From positions 1 through 35,711 of the IMG/VR virus record IMGVR_UViG_3300033143_002040: a stretch of DNA of 35,711 nt; one strand, given 5' to 3'. The notes below the pieces were generated by a model. The model was given only the letters and a program-made list of their open reading frames with translations. It ran no database searches and was not told the DNA's origin. Below, piece by piece: positions 1-8,828 of this stretch (positions within the stretch are counted from its first letter, which is position 1; each line of letters starts with the position of its first letter). The DNA is from a virus (lineage: Duplodnaviria; Heunggongvirae; Uroviricota; Caudoviricetes). Both the position numbers and the translations under genes were made by a program.

Positions 1-165
1 ATTCGTGAACTTGAAACACAGTTACGAAAAGCTCAGTTTGCAATCCGCGAACTTGAAATTAGTACACAAACAGTACGTGCCCTTTCTTTGAAAGAGGACG
101 AGGAAAACTTTGATCCCCGTAACACGGGTAAATTTAGAATGAACAACTGGAGGAACATACGATGA
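1..165 (+). CDS. Hypothetical protein, 3' partial (coiled-coil-like)
   Basis: Frame 1 is open from the window edge (IRELETQLRKAQFAIRELE...) to TGA at 163-165, which overlaps the next ATG (ATGA). Confidence 0.6.
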   Translation: MRELETQLRKAQFAIRELEISTQTVRALSLKEDEENFDPRNTGKFRMNNWRNIR

Positions 166-677
166 ACGAAGAATTACGTTTGTACACATTCACAAACTTT
201 TACTTGTCTTCGATACAGCAAGGCATTCAGCCGGCCCATGCCGCTGTACGTTTGATGCTTGCCGCATCAGTAGGTGATATGCCTAACAGTGACTTGCTGT
301 ACGATTGGGCAGACAATTGGGAGACAATGATTTGCTTGAATGGCGGTGACTATAGTGGTGTTAATGACTTGCACACATTCTTCCAAAGCACAGAGAATCC
401 ATTTCCGTTCATGCCGTTCGCCGAAGAGATTGGTGCAATCGGTCCGATGGAAATAATGACTTCTGTTGCAATCGTTTTGCCTGCATTTATCTTTGATACT
501 GCGCCGCTGTTGCGTAGGCTTCATAGATTGCCTGAGAACGTTACGTACACGCACGACAAGTTGCTTAACGAGCACCGCTTCGCATGGTACAAGAACGGCG
601 ATACTATTGTTCGGACGTACAGTGACTGGCAAATGGAACTTATGGGTCGCATGAACAAGTGTGGTCTAGCGAGGTAA
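162..677 (+). CDS. Peptidyl-tRNA hydrolase 2 (Pth2)-like phage protein
   Basis: SIQQGIQPAHAAV resembles the Pth2 AQxxHA motif, followed by W...TMICLNG and a C-terminal TSVAIVLP strand. GGAGG SD upstream. Confidence 0.5.
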   Translation: MNEELRLYTFTNFYLSSIQQGIQPAHAAVRLMLAASVGDMPNSDLLYDWADNWETMICLNGGDYSGVNDLHTFFQSTENPFPFMPFAEEIGAIGPMEIMTSVAIVLPAFIFDTAPLLRRLHRLPENVTYTHDKLLNEHRFAWYKNGDTIVRTYSDWQMELMGRMNKCGLAR

Positions 678-678
678 T

Positions 679-1422
679 ATGTCTTCTTATACTAAATATG
701 GTCGCTATAATCCAGCAGTATCGCAGATAGAATCATTAGCGAGAAAACTGTTTAACGGCGCAAATAACTCAATTGCAAAATTAATCCTCCAAAAAATGGA
801 ACCTGAGGAGATAATGAAGCACCTTGAAGGTGTGAAGTTGTCAGATGATTTGAAAACCCAAATTTTAATGACGTTCCCAAAAATGCACAAAATGATTGAT
901 GTTAATTCGCTTGACGCCGATCAACGTGTAATTCTTCTTTGCACTCGTCCTACGGTTGCGGCTCTGAAAAAGTTTGATGTGAATGCTGACGATCTTAAGT
1001 TGCGTCAGTATCGCTACCTACTGCAAGTCGGCGGCAGAAAAATCATGCAGTTTGTATATGACAATATATCAGACGAAAAAATTGCACTTTTTGGAGTTGA
1101 CGAATGGAGACATTTGTTAGCGTCTTGCAGAAATTCAGCACGGAGACTTAAGATTACGTATATTCGTAATCCTTCAGACTTACGAAATCTTGTTTTAGCC
1201 AAGCCATATGTCATGTATCATCAAACTGTTGAAGATATGCAAAACAGTGTGATTGATGCACCTACGTGGATTCGTATTATTACAAAAATGAAAGTAAAAG
1301 ATCGCGGACACATTCCAAAAGGATTTAAGGAGTGGGTGGGACGCGATGTTTTCAAGCAAAAGCTTACTGGACGCAAGTTCAAAAGTTTTTCACCTAACTG
1401 GGCAAACGGGTTGCAAGAATGA
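679..1422 (+). CDS. Hypothetical protein carrying the FKxKLxG motif (VFKQKLTG)
   Basis: 247-aa ORF with GAGG SD, tightly packed with its neighbours. Confidence 0.75.
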   Translation: MSSYTKYGRYNPAVSQIESLARKLFNGANNSIAKLILQKMEPEEIMKHLEGVKLSDDLKTQILMTFPKMHKMIDVNSLDADQRVILLCTRPTVAALKKFDVNADDLKLRQYRYLLQVGGRKIMQFVYDNISDEKIALFGVDEWRHLLASCRNSARRLKITYIRNPSDLRNLVLAKPYVMYHQTVEDMQNSVIDAPTWIRIITKMKVKDRGHIPKGFKEWVGRDVFKQKLTGRKFKSFSPNWANGLQE

Positions 1423-1850
1423 TTGCAGGACAGTTTAATTCTCCAAGAACGTTTAATTGGATGACAAATGATGAGCAAATGACGATCCACCTTCTCTTTA
1501 TACAGGAGGTGGATTTTATGCACTCAGACACAGAAACACACACATATGTCCTTGCTCCAGGATATGTTCAACAAGATGTTGGTTGGGCACAGCAGGACGA
1601 TATATCATTAGATTTACTCATTGATCTGGACGAACTGAATGACACGCCGCTTCCCTTCGGACAGATCATGTTCTTTTCTTATTATGAAGCAGGTGAATTC
1701 ATAATCGAAAGTGCAACAGCAGATTTCAACACGCATAAAGCTGTATTAGCATTCGAATCATTCGGTTACAAGGGCGCAAGCTTGCTAGCAAATTATATGC
1801 GTGTCTCAGAGCAAGATAAATTCAAACTTATGCTGAAATTCGGCTATTGA
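1419..1850 (+). CDS. Hypothetical protein with C-terminal KFKLMLKFG
   Basis: 143-aa ORF with an ATGA overlap with the upstream gene. Confidence 0.7.
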   Translation: MIAGQFNSPRTFNWMTNDEQMTIHLLFIQEVDFMHSDTETHTYVLAPGYVQQDVGWAQQDDISLDLLIDLDELNDTPLPFGQIMFFSYYEAGEFIIESATADFNTHKAVLAFESFGYKGASLLANYMRVSEQDKFKLMLKFGY

Positions 1851-1875
1851 CTCACGAAAATAATTAGCGTATAAT
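1847..1875 (+). promoter_or_regulatory. sigma70-type promoter, probably giving a leaderless mRNA
   Basis: TTGACT-N17-TATAAT. The ATG at 1882 is 6 nt after the -10 box and has no SD. Confidence 0.8.
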
Positions 1876-1881
1876 AGTGAT

Positions 1882-2427
1882 ATGGCAAACGAAACTCAGG
1901 AAATCGCAGAAATAATTGAAGAGGTTGTCGAAGCACCTCTTCCAGTAGAAACTGTTCCAATAGAAGAACTACCTGTTGAAGCTGTAGTGGATGTTATACA
2001 CCCACTTTGGGATGGATACTTAACTGTATTAGATTTCTTCCTTCCTATGCTGCTAGTGATTGGCGGATACATAGTTTTACGTCATTTAATATGGGGTTCT
2101 CTGAAATTCAATTATCATCACTATCTCCAATATGGTGAATTCGTATTGTGTTGGGGTGATGATGACAATGACCACGAAAAGAAAGAACGTAGATTAAAAA
2201 TAGCAAAAGAACATAAATGCGAAGCAGATTTTGTATCTTGGTTTGCAGCATTACTAATGTCAGCAGTTGTATTGTTTTTATTTGCTATAATTGCAATCTC
2301 TTGGCCTGTCACCGTAATACTTGTATTACCACTTATGGTTGTTCGTGGAATCGGATATCGTAAGAGAAAGAAAATTGAATTCACGCAGAAGCTAAAAGGT
2401 GAACATCTTGCTAAGGAACAAGCATGA
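1882..2427 (+). CDS. Membrane protein (about 3 TM helices) with C-terminal EFTQKLKG
   Basis: Hydrophobic stretches FFLPMLLVIGGYIVL and FAALLMSAVVLFLFAIIAISWPVTVILVLPLMVV. Confidence 0.75.
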   Translation: MANETQEIAEIIEEVVEAPLPVETVPIEELPVEAVVDVIHPLWDGYLTVLDFFLPMLLVIGGYIVLRHLIWGSLKFNYHHYLQYGEFVLCWGDDDNDHEKKERRLKIAKEHKCEADFVSWFAALLMSAVVLFLFAIIAISWPVTVILVLPLMVVRGIGYRKRKKIEFTQKLKGEHLAKEQA

Positions 2428-2786
2428 ATCTATTTAAACGATTCACAAGCGAGCCTGAACTATCTAAGAAAGAATTGGCTGATGCACTTGCATTCAAGAA
2501 CATACTTAAATATGGCGATGATGTAAACGCTATGTATGAAGCTGCATGTGATAAATCACATGAAGCATACGAAGAAAAAAAACTTGTATCGAAGAAGCTT
2601 GAAAAAATATACAAGTTTAAAAAACGCAAATTATATAACAACTGGACAAGCTTTAATATTTCTCTGTTTAAAGAATGTTCAAAGTCTCCGATAGGACATT
2701 GCCTATATGTATCGTATTATGGGGACAAAAGTCCTGAAAAAGATGATCCGACATATTGTGTAGCTTGTAAGAAGAAAATGTTTTGA
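2424..2786 (+). CDS. Hypothetical protein with C-terminal Cys4 zinc-finger-like module
   Basis: CSKSPIGHC...CVAC; ATGA overlap with the upstream gene. Confidence 0.7.
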   Translation: MNLFKRFTSEPELSKKELADALAFKNILKYGDDVNAMYEAACDKSHEAYEEKKLVSKKLEKIYKFKKRKLYNNWTSFNISLFKECSKSPIGHCLYVSYYGDKSPEKDDPTYCVACKKKMF

Positions 2787-3409
2787 AAATTGGATTCTAC
2801 TTTAGAACGAGAAATGAATACTGTGAGGTGTTCAATTATGTTCGGGCGTTAAATGACGAAACTAGAAAGATACCTAAGTTTCGTAATAAATTCTTATTGC
2901 GTGTTCATACGCGATACTTAGCTGATGACCAAAATTGGGATTCTAAGATTCCAAAAGAGCGCAAAGGTAAAAAGAAGTATATCGGGATAATTCATGGCAA
3001 TAAACATTTAATGAAAATGTGCGATGTTCATCCAGAAGAATTTTTAAAAGCATTAGGGCTAGAGCTTGTGCCGAAGGTTGCTGGCAAATCAAAGTACGTC
3101 GGCGAAAAAACAACTCATCCGATGATACTCAAAACACACAAAGAATTCAAAACTATTACATCTGTATTCAATAAGCGATACGGACATGGATGTTGGCGTA
3201 TACAAGGTCCAAAAAAGCTACAACACATATTACGACAAATTGAGCCACTACAGCATGTCGCAACTAATCAATTTACATTTAGTTTTGGCGATCACGAAAA
3301 AGATATGTATATGAAAAAGTATCCTGAAGGGGTTCCTGTTACGATAATCGTTAACGAATCTGATGCAGATGTTGCCAAACAATTATTCAAAGTGGTGTTG
3401 AAAGGATGA
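2783..3409 (+). CDS. Hypothetical protein ending LFKVVLKG
   Basis: 208-aa ORF with a TTG start overlapping the upstream stop. Confidence 0.7.
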   Translation: MKIGFYFRTRNEYCEVFNYVRALNDETRKIPKFRNKFLLRVHTRYLADDQNWDSKIPKERKGKKKYIGIIHGNKHLMKMCDVHPEEFLKALGLELVPKVAGKSKYVGEKTTHPMILKTHKEFKTITSVFNKRYGHGCWRIQGPKKLQHILRQIEPLQHVATNQFTFSFGDHEKDMYMKKYPEGVPVTIIVNESDADVAKQLFKVVLKG

Positions 3410-3849
3410 CTGAGTGGAACAGAATTTATGCTCGCGTAAAGATCAGTGGTTCTGATGGATTTACGTTCGTAACTATACCTAATGTTACGTGGCCTGAGGA
3501 TGAAGCGGAAAAATTCATCAAGAAACTTATGCCAAAAGAAAAACACGATAATGAATTTGCAATGAAACGTGCGATAGTTGATCCAATATCAGCTTTACGC
3601 ATGTACTTGTGCGCAACAATGTCATCTACATTTTGCATAGGTCGAGGATCTCTTGATCGACAATCAGTATTTTATGTCGGAGCAAGGCGTCCACAAGATA
3701 TATTCAAACTTCTACTTAAAATTCCTGACGCAACCAAAGTAACTGTGTGGGAATCAGGCATGAACTTTACAGTTCGGGTTGCAGAGAATGATGATTACGA
3801 CCCAGAGAAATTTAAGCGCGGCAACATACAACAAGGATGGACTTCATAA
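3406..3849 (+). CDS. Hypothetical protein
   Basis: 147-aa ORF with an ATGA overlap. Confidence 0.7.
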   Translation: MTEWNRIYARVKISGSDGFTFVTIPNVTWPEDEAEKFIKKLMPKEKHDNEFAMKRAIVDPISALRMYLCATMSSTFCIGRGSLDRQSVFYVGARRPQDIFKLLLKIPDATKVTVWESGMNFTVRVAENDDYDPEKFKRGNIQQGWTS

Positions 3850-4307
3850 TGTTTATAGTAGAAAATGGTAACTTGTTCGGAAACGTTGAGCATGGATTAA
3901 TCATACACGGCTGCAATGCGCAAGGCGTTATGGGATCAGGGGTTGCGAAGATTATACGGGACAAGTATCCTGTCGCATATCAAACGTATATGCAGCAAGC
4001 AGATACAGGATATATTCTCGGCGAAGTTATTCCTGCGATTGTTGAACCAAACCTTGTTATTGTGAATGCAATCACGCAAGAATTCTATGGAACGGATCGT
4101 GTGCATGTTGACTACGATGCCGTTAGACAAGTGATGAAGGGTGTTGAACATCTTGCAAAGTCTCAACTAATTAAAAGTGAGGATGTTCATTTTCCTTTGA
4201 TCGGTGGCGGGCTTGCAGGTGGCGATCAATTCAAATTGATACAAATTTTTAGTGAAGCTTGGAGCAACAGCGACATAACTGCTAGACTTTGGCTATATAA
4301 TCCTTAA
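3849..4307 (+). CDS. Macrodomain (ADP-ribose-binding/hydrolase, Poa1p-like) protein
   Basis: IIHGCNAQGVMGSGVAKIIRDKYP, IVNAITQ and FPLIGGGLAGG are macrodomain signatures. Start taken at the TAATG overlap (ORF track starts at 3837). Confidence 0.9.
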   Translation: MFIVENGNLFGNVEHGLIIHGCNAQGVMGSGVAKIIRDKYPVAYQTYMQQADTGYILGEVIPAIVEPNLVIVNAITQEFYGTDRVHVDYDAVRQVMKGVEHLAKSQLIKSEDVHFPLIGGGLAGGDQFKLIQIFSEAWSNSDITARLWLYNP

Positions 4308-4308
4308 A

Positions 4309-4334
4309 AATCAACGACTTATAACTCATTGATT
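4309..4334. promoter_or_regulatory. Two back-to-back inverted IHF-consensus sites (imperfect 26-bp palindrome)
   Basis: AATCAACGACTTA on + and AATCAATGAGTTA on - both match WATCAANNNNTTR. Confidence 0.5.
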
Positions 4335-4379
4335 CTCAAATCATAGTGTAACCTTTTGTTTCCTAACGGAATTTAGCTA

Positions 4380-4408
4380 TTGACATAGTGGAAAAATGTC
4401 AGTATAAT
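4380..4408 (+). promoter_or_regulatory. Perfect-consensus sigma70 promoter
   Basis: TTGACA-N17-TATAAT. Confidence 0.9.
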
Positions 4409-4439
4409 TATACTTGAGAATTAGGAATAGGACAAAACA

Positions 4440-4760
4440 ATGGCAAAGCGATATTTACAAATACGAGAACATAAGAACTTGAACATGTACGATTTTGACG
4501 GTTCTCTTGATTCAGTTGCTATGTTTATCAACGATCTTAAGCGTGAATATGGCGAAGATGCTGTCCTTGATTTTTCATATAATTTCGATGATGTTGAGGT
4601 CACGATTGCTTGGAATCGTCAGGAGACGGATCTTGAGCGTGACAAGCGACTCACGAAGGCGCGTAAGGCTCGTGGTGCGAAGAAAATTGCGAAGGCTGCA
4701 ACGGAAGAAGCAGAACGCGCAGAACTCGCACGTTTGCAAGCCAAGTACGCAGCGGAGTAA
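4440..4760 (+). CDS. Hypothetical protein
   Basis: 106-aa ORF with an AGGA SD, directly downstream of the promoter. Confidence 0.75.
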   Translation: MAKRYLQIREHKNLNMYDFDGSLDSVAMFINDLKREYGEDAVLDFSYNFDDVEVTIAWNRQETDLERDKRLTKARKARGAKKIAKAATEEAERAELARLQAKYAAE

Positions 4761-4764
4761 CAGC

Positions 4765-5139
4765 ATGATTCTCGCAGACTTTCTTAACACGATCAAAACA
4801 GCACCAATCGAAAAGTTTGGTGTTGTTTATCATGGTGCTGATCGCAAAACATGCATCGGTGTTAAGATGATTGCAAGCGGTGATTATGGTTCGATTCGCA
4901 ATATTAGTTTGCAGAAAGTTTTAGACGAGGCGTACAGACTCGGTGCTAAAGCAATGACTCTTGTACACAATCATCCTGGGACTGAGCAAGACAAACTACG
5001 TCCAAGTGAAGCTGATTTAGTTACGACTTACGCTATTCACGATGCTGGAAAGGCAAACGGAATTCCAGTTTTGAATCACATTATTTACGGTGCTGACAAC
5101 AGCGCATTTTCTTTCATTCACAATGGAATACATATCTAA
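4765..5139 (+). CDS. RadC-like JAB/MPN domain protein
   Basis: PIEKFGVV (catalytic E), VHNHP, PSEAD and VLNHII match the RadC JAB motif E...HNHP...PSxxD. Start set at ATG 4765; the track's upstream extension overlaps the previous gene. Confidence 0.85.
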   Translation: MILADFLNTIKTAPIEKFGVVYHGADRKTCIGVKMIASGDYGSIRNISLQKVLDEAYRLGAKAMTLVHNHPGTEQDKLRPSEADLVTTYAIHDAGKANGIPVLNHIIYGADNSAFSFIHNGIHI

Positions 5140-5528
5140 TGGCCAAGCGAACGAAAGTGAAACAGATTGTTACGCGGGATACGATTCGTACAATGCTTCG
5201 TAATCCTAATCCTCGCTACGTCGAAGTTGTTGTAGGTCGTGCGCTAGTCGCATTACTGCAACGTCAGACAGCAGACGAGCAACGTGCAAACGATACTCGC
5301 GAACACAACGGTGTCGGTTTCAGTGGTTGCGATGGTCGCAGCGGGACGCTTACTGCAAAGTCGTTTATAAAGAACGGTGGCTTGCTGGACTGGCAGATTG
5401 CAAGGTGGACGAAGCCCCAAAAGAATGGTTATCCTCGTTTGGCGAAGTATGCCAAGCAATTGAACGAAATCGCATTGGAGAAAGCAGCATTAAGGATCTC
5501 GCAAAGCGAGTTTTCACCGACACATTAA
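5139..5528 (+). CDS. Hypothetical protein
   Basis: 129-aa ORF with a TAATG overlap. Confidence 0.75.
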   Translation: MAKRTKVKQIVTRDTIRTMLRNPNPRYVEVVVGRALVALLQRQTADEQRANDTREHNGVGFSGCDGRSGTLTAKSFIKNGGLLDWQIARWTKPQKNGYPRLAKYAKQLNEIALEKAALRISQSEFSPTH

Positions 5529-5547
5529 AAGGCAAACGAATATTATA

Positions 5548-5754
5548 ATGAAAAACAAATTCGGAAACTCAACCTATTTGTTCACGCGCAAGTACAAGCG
5601 ACGAGGATCATTTGGTATGAGAATTAAACGAGCATGGACAGTAACACAAGGATCCGTTGCTGTAGACCACTTTGAGTTGAGTTGCCCTGGATATGAACTT
5701 ACTTCCGAGGGTCCAGTTATTATTGGCAAACGCAAAAACGAGGTTGTAGAATGA
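5548..5754 (+). CDS. Hypothetical protein
   Basis: 68-aa ORF that fills the gap in operon order. Confidence 0.55.
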   Translation: MKNKFGNSTYLFTRKYKRRGSFGMRIKRAWTVTQGSVAVDHFELSCPGYELTSEGPVIIGKRKNEVVE

Positions 5755-5861
5755 ACTGGTTCGGCATAGCAATATTTTTCTTAGTCGTTATATTTCCTTC
5801 GGTTGTATGGACGTTAGCTTTTTACAGTGCAATCGCTGGAAGACTTCCGTGGCAGAAATGA
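5751..5861 (+). CDS. Small single-pass membrane protein (36 aa; not in the ORF track)
   Basis: MNWFGIAIFFLVVIFPSVVWTLAFYSAIAGRLPWQK; ATGA overlaps at both ends; GAGG SD. Confidence 0.65.
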   Translation: MNWFGIAIFFLVVIFPSVVWTLAFYSAIAGRLPWQK

Positions 5862-6139
5862 GGTTGCTGACAATGCGTAACTATGTTATACTGCTAATAT
5901 TGATCGCACTGACTGGGTGCGCAAGTACACAAGAAGTGGTCAATACGATACCGAGTGCGGCTGGCACGATAGCAGCAGCAGCAATTTTTGGCGGTGAAGT
6001 TAGTATGAATCCTGATCCTGTTGACTACATCAAGCAAGACATTAACAGAGAAGGACGCATTATATATGGCGATGTACGACGCAATACCAAAGATATTATC
6101 GCCAATAGTATTAGGAAATTGTTTGAACCAACTAAATAA
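5858..6139 (+). CDS. Putative lipoprotein
   Basis: Signal peptide with lipobox: MRNYVILLILIALTG-C. Start at 5858 or 5873. Confidence 0.65.
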   Translation: MRLLTMRNYVILLILIALTGCASTQEVVNTIPSAAGTIAAAAIFGGEVSMNPDPVDYIKQDINREGRIIYGDVRRNTKDIIANSIRKLFEPTK

Positions 6140-6166
6140 TAATGTGTATATAATAAAAAGGAAGAT

Positions 6167-6481
6167 ATGGACAACGAGCGTACTAGAGAATTGGATTTTA
6201 TGATGAGAACTGGAGTTCCGATTCCAGTTACAGATTCACGCGCAGAGGAAAGGTTCCAAACAATATACTACGACGATTTCTACACAGTTTCAGAATTGGT
6301 CGAAGAAGGTCACATAGAATATGTCGGGCATCAAAAGGAATATGTTTGCTTACGACCGATGTCTAATTTTAAGGTATATATTGCAGGCGATGTGCGAGAA
6401 TTGCAAAGTGGCGAGATAGTAACAATGTCGCTAACTGAGAACGGGCGGGACGAATTTAATACGTGGCTTGATGCACAATAG
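6167..6481 (+). CDS. Hypothetical protein
   Basis: 104-aa ORF with an AAGGA SD. Confidence 0.7.
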   Translation: MDNERTRELDFMMRTGVPIPVTDSRAEERFQTIYYDDFYTVSELVEEGHIEYVGHQKEYVCLRPMSNFKVYIAGDVRELQSGEIVTMSLTENGRDEFNTWLDAQ

Positions 6482-6518
6482 CAAGCTAATTTGACACATA
6501 TACAGAAGGATTCAAAAC

Positions 6519-6761
6519 GTGACTGAGCATATCCTAGCGCAGGTAAAGGAAGATGTCGAATTTCTGTTGGAGTTCATGCCAGCAAAAGATCCATCGCAAG
6601 TCGCAGAAGGGCTCGCGTCTATGTTTTATGTTACTGGAACATACGAAGGTGACGTAAAACTTGCAGGACGAGTGCGGGACATTCGTGAACGATATGAAAT
6701 CGTTGCACAGAATGATGAGGAAGAAGATTTTGGAGAAGCTGGTAATTTACCTGATAAATAA
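6519..6761 (+). CDS. Hypothetical protein
   Basis: 80-aa acidic ORF with a GTG start and AAGGA SD. Confidence 0.65.
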   Translation: MTEHILAQVKEDVEFLLEFMPAKDPSQVAEGLASMFYVTGTYEGDVKLAGRVRDIRERYEIVAQNDEEEDFGEAGNLPDK

Positions 6762-6811
6762 TTTATCATTGAACAATACCTGTATTTCAAAACAACGTAT
6801 TTAATTTTCGT

Positions 6812-6819
6812 GATAAATA
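6812..6819 (+). promoter_or_regulatory. T4-late-like promoter box GATAAATA
   Basis: Intergenic, upstream of the 6847 gene; the same octamer recurs before other genes. Confidence 0.55.
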
Positions 6820-6846
6820 AATGTATACTTAACTAAGGATACATTT

Positions 6847-7371
6847 ATGAACGACGAAGATTTTGAGCAATTTATTACGCTCCTCGACGCTGCAATCGCA
6901 AGCGACGATCCCAAAATACAAAAAGCATTGAAGAAATTCGTATTTCTTATCAGACTAAACCTGTCTGACGAGGATTGCAAGCCAGGCCCATTTACTAAAA
7001 TGATGGAAACTATTGACGACCTACAACGTAGAGTCGCAGCAGTCGAAGGTCAAGGGCAAACATGGCCGCAAGCACAGCCATATCTCGGTAGTGGTGGAAC
7101 TTCTGTAGACCCATTTACACACTGGTACAATAACGGCACAAACACATTTACTGCTACTAATGCAGTATCAGCGGTGACTATTCCAGCGACAACTGCCACT
7201 ACAACAGGCAGCGTTACATTATCAGGCGGAACATCTTGCACAGGCTTTGCGGGTAATACACATCCAGGAAACACAACTACATTCACTTCTCCTATATATG
7301 AAGTAGATTCTGGTTCGAAAATCAAGGATGACATCAAGGCCAAACTTACGCAACTTGCAAAAGCAGCGTAA
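6847..7371 (+). CDS. Hypothetical protein with a Thr/Gly-rich low-complexity segment
   Basis: 174-aa ORF with a TAAGGA SD. Confidence 0.75.
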   Translation: MNDEDFEQFITLLDAAIASDDPKIQKALKKFVFLIRLNLSDEDCKPGPFTKMMETIDDLQRRVAAVEGQGQTWPQAQPYLGSGGTSVDPFTHWYNNGTNTFTATNAVSAVTIPATTATTTGSVTLSGGTSCTGFAGNTHPGNTTTFTSPIYEVDSGSKIKDDIKAKLTQLAKAA

Positions 7372-7381
7372 AGGTGCTATA

Positions 7382-7843
7382 ATGGATGATACGAAGGAAT
7401 GCTTAACGTGCGAGGAAGAAAAACCCCTTACGGATTTTTACACCCTCAAAAATAAAAGCAGGATGACAGCACAATTATCTTCGTATTGTAGACTATGTTC
7501 AAGAATAAGAGCATACACAGTTAAGCGTGAATTAACTGATAACAATTTTCAGAAATTATGGGAATATTTTACAAAAAATCCTTGCGTAGACTGCGGAGAA
7601 GATAACCCCATTGTATTGAGTCTAGATCACATTAGGCCAGGAAAATCTGCAAGCATAAGTGATTTATGTGGCAGAGTTGACTGGAGCAAAGTTGAAAATG
7701 AATTAACTTTATGCGAATCTCGATGTCATAATTGTCACGCAATAAAAACAGCAGCAAGCAGAGACCACTACAAAACAGAAGAATTACGAACATATTTGAA
7801 TAAGTGGGAATTAAATGAGCAAGCTTATGAGGAGTATAAGTAG
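7382..7843 (+). CDS. HNH endonuclease with zinc ribbons
   Basis: CLTC...CRLC, then CVDCG...LSLDHI...CESRCHNCHAIKT. The track start at 7328 overlaps the upstream gene. Confidence 0.8.
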   Translation: MDDTKECLTCEEEKPLTDFYTLKNKSRMTAQLSSYCRLCSRIRAYTVKRELTDNNFQKLWEYFTKNPCVDCGEDNPIVLSLDHIRPGKSASISDLCGRVDWSKVENELTLCESRCHNCHAIKTAASRDHYKTEELRTYLNKWELNEQAYEEYK

Positions 7844-8148
7844 TGGATCATCCATTTATTGATGCTAGAGAACTGACAAGCGAAGAATTGCAGCAACGCA
7901 TACAAAAATTGCAAAATATTTTGTATAAAGAAACAACGTTTGGTCATGCTGGTATGGTAGATAGTATACGGGATCAACTTATCGTTTACGAACAAGAATT
8001 TTCAGAACGTATATACTTGCAACGGGTCGAGGAGTTTGAAAAGAAATTTCCTGATGAAACTATTGAAATAGGAGTCATTGAGACAATAGAAAAAGTGGAT
8101 CCCGATGCAAATATTGAGATTCCAGTGAAAAGGCAAAAAGATTTATAA
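7843..8148 (+). CDS. Hypothetical coiled-coil protein
   Basis: 101-aa ORF with a GTG start and GAGGAG SD. Confidence 0.7.
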   Translation: MDHPFIDARELTSEELQQRIQKLQNILYKETTFGHAGMVDSIRDQLIVYEQEFSERIYLQRVEEFEKKFPDETIEIGVIETIEKVDPDANIEIPVKRQKDL

Positions 8149-8828
8149 TGGAATTTCCAACACCTGAACATAATTCATTTATTATTATACCACATAAATT
8201 TGCAGCAACAAGAATTTATGAAGAAAAAGAAGGAACTTCACAAATTTCTTCTACGACAATAACATTAAACATTTCTTGTGCGCCGATAGACGATGGAATA
8301 CTAACTCCCGATGAAATGGGAACAAAAGCAATGATAGGATTTCAACGACTTAAAGTTTGGCTTGAGGGCATTTTAGAATACATCATATTGATTGATAAAG
8401 ATTCGCCTTTGCTAGATATTATGCTAGATAAAACAGACAATCATGTTATGGTAATCCCAGGAAAACCTGATGATGCGTTACTAGCAGTATTATTACATTC
8501 AAAAATTAGTGCTATTACAGAAGAATTATTAGAAATTTATTCAATAGTGTTACAAGCTACAGACACGAATCAAGTTGAAAGAATATACCGATGTCCAGAT
8601 AAACAGTATCCACTACCTGGAATTGAATATTTCGGAAAGGAAACAGCACACGATGTTCCGTGGTGGGAACGACCTACTATTGATGTGTGTGATTTTGAGA
8701 AGACAGACGATGAGGAAAAAATGATCTGGTACAATACAGATCCTCTTGCTGATATAGGAAAAGAATTTTTGACAAATGACACAGAGGCAGATATAATAGT
8801 GTTTGACGCATGGAAAAAGAACAAGTAA
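8148..8828 (+). CDS. Hypothetical protein, possibly a degenerate QueD/T-fold
   Basis: 226 aa. FQRLKVWLEGIL...PDDALLAVLLHSKI loosely parallels QueD DFxxLK...NPTxENxA, but the Zn-binding His residues are not evident. The CDS is likely; the fold call is weak. Confidence 0.6.
   Translation: MEFPTPEHNSFIIIPHKFAATRIYEEKEGTSQISSTTITLNISCAPIDDGILTPDEMGTKAMIGFQRLKVWLEGILEYIILIDKDSPLLDIMLDKTDNHVMVIPGKPDDALLAVLLHSKISAITEELLEIYSIVLQATDTNQVERIYRCPDKQYPLPGIEYFGKETAHDVPWWERPTIDVCDFEKTDDEEKMIWYNTDPLADIGKEFLTNDTEADIIVFDAWKKNK

Noticed and set aside
4495-4764. N-terminal 90-aa extension of the JAB ORF
   Set aside because: It overlaps the 4440 gene out of frame. The domain starts at ATG 4765, just after that gene's stop.
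6491-6519. TTGACA upstream of the 6519 gene as a promoter
   Set aside because: There is no -10 hexamer at 16-18 bp spacing.
6753-6768. GATAAAT-A-ATTTATC palindrome at the end of the 6519 gene
   Set aside because: It is AT-only with a 1-nt centre and overlaps coding sequence, so it is plausibly chance in an AT-rich genome.
7120-7300. Thr-rich stretch as a tandem repeat or phase-variable locus
   Set aside because: It is low complexity at the protein level only, with no exact nucleotide repeat units.
7355-7383. TTGCAA-N17-TATAAT promoter before the HNH gene
   Set aside because: The -10 box overlaps the likely start codon (7382), so it could not transcribe the full gene, and the -35 is weak. 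Left unresolved.
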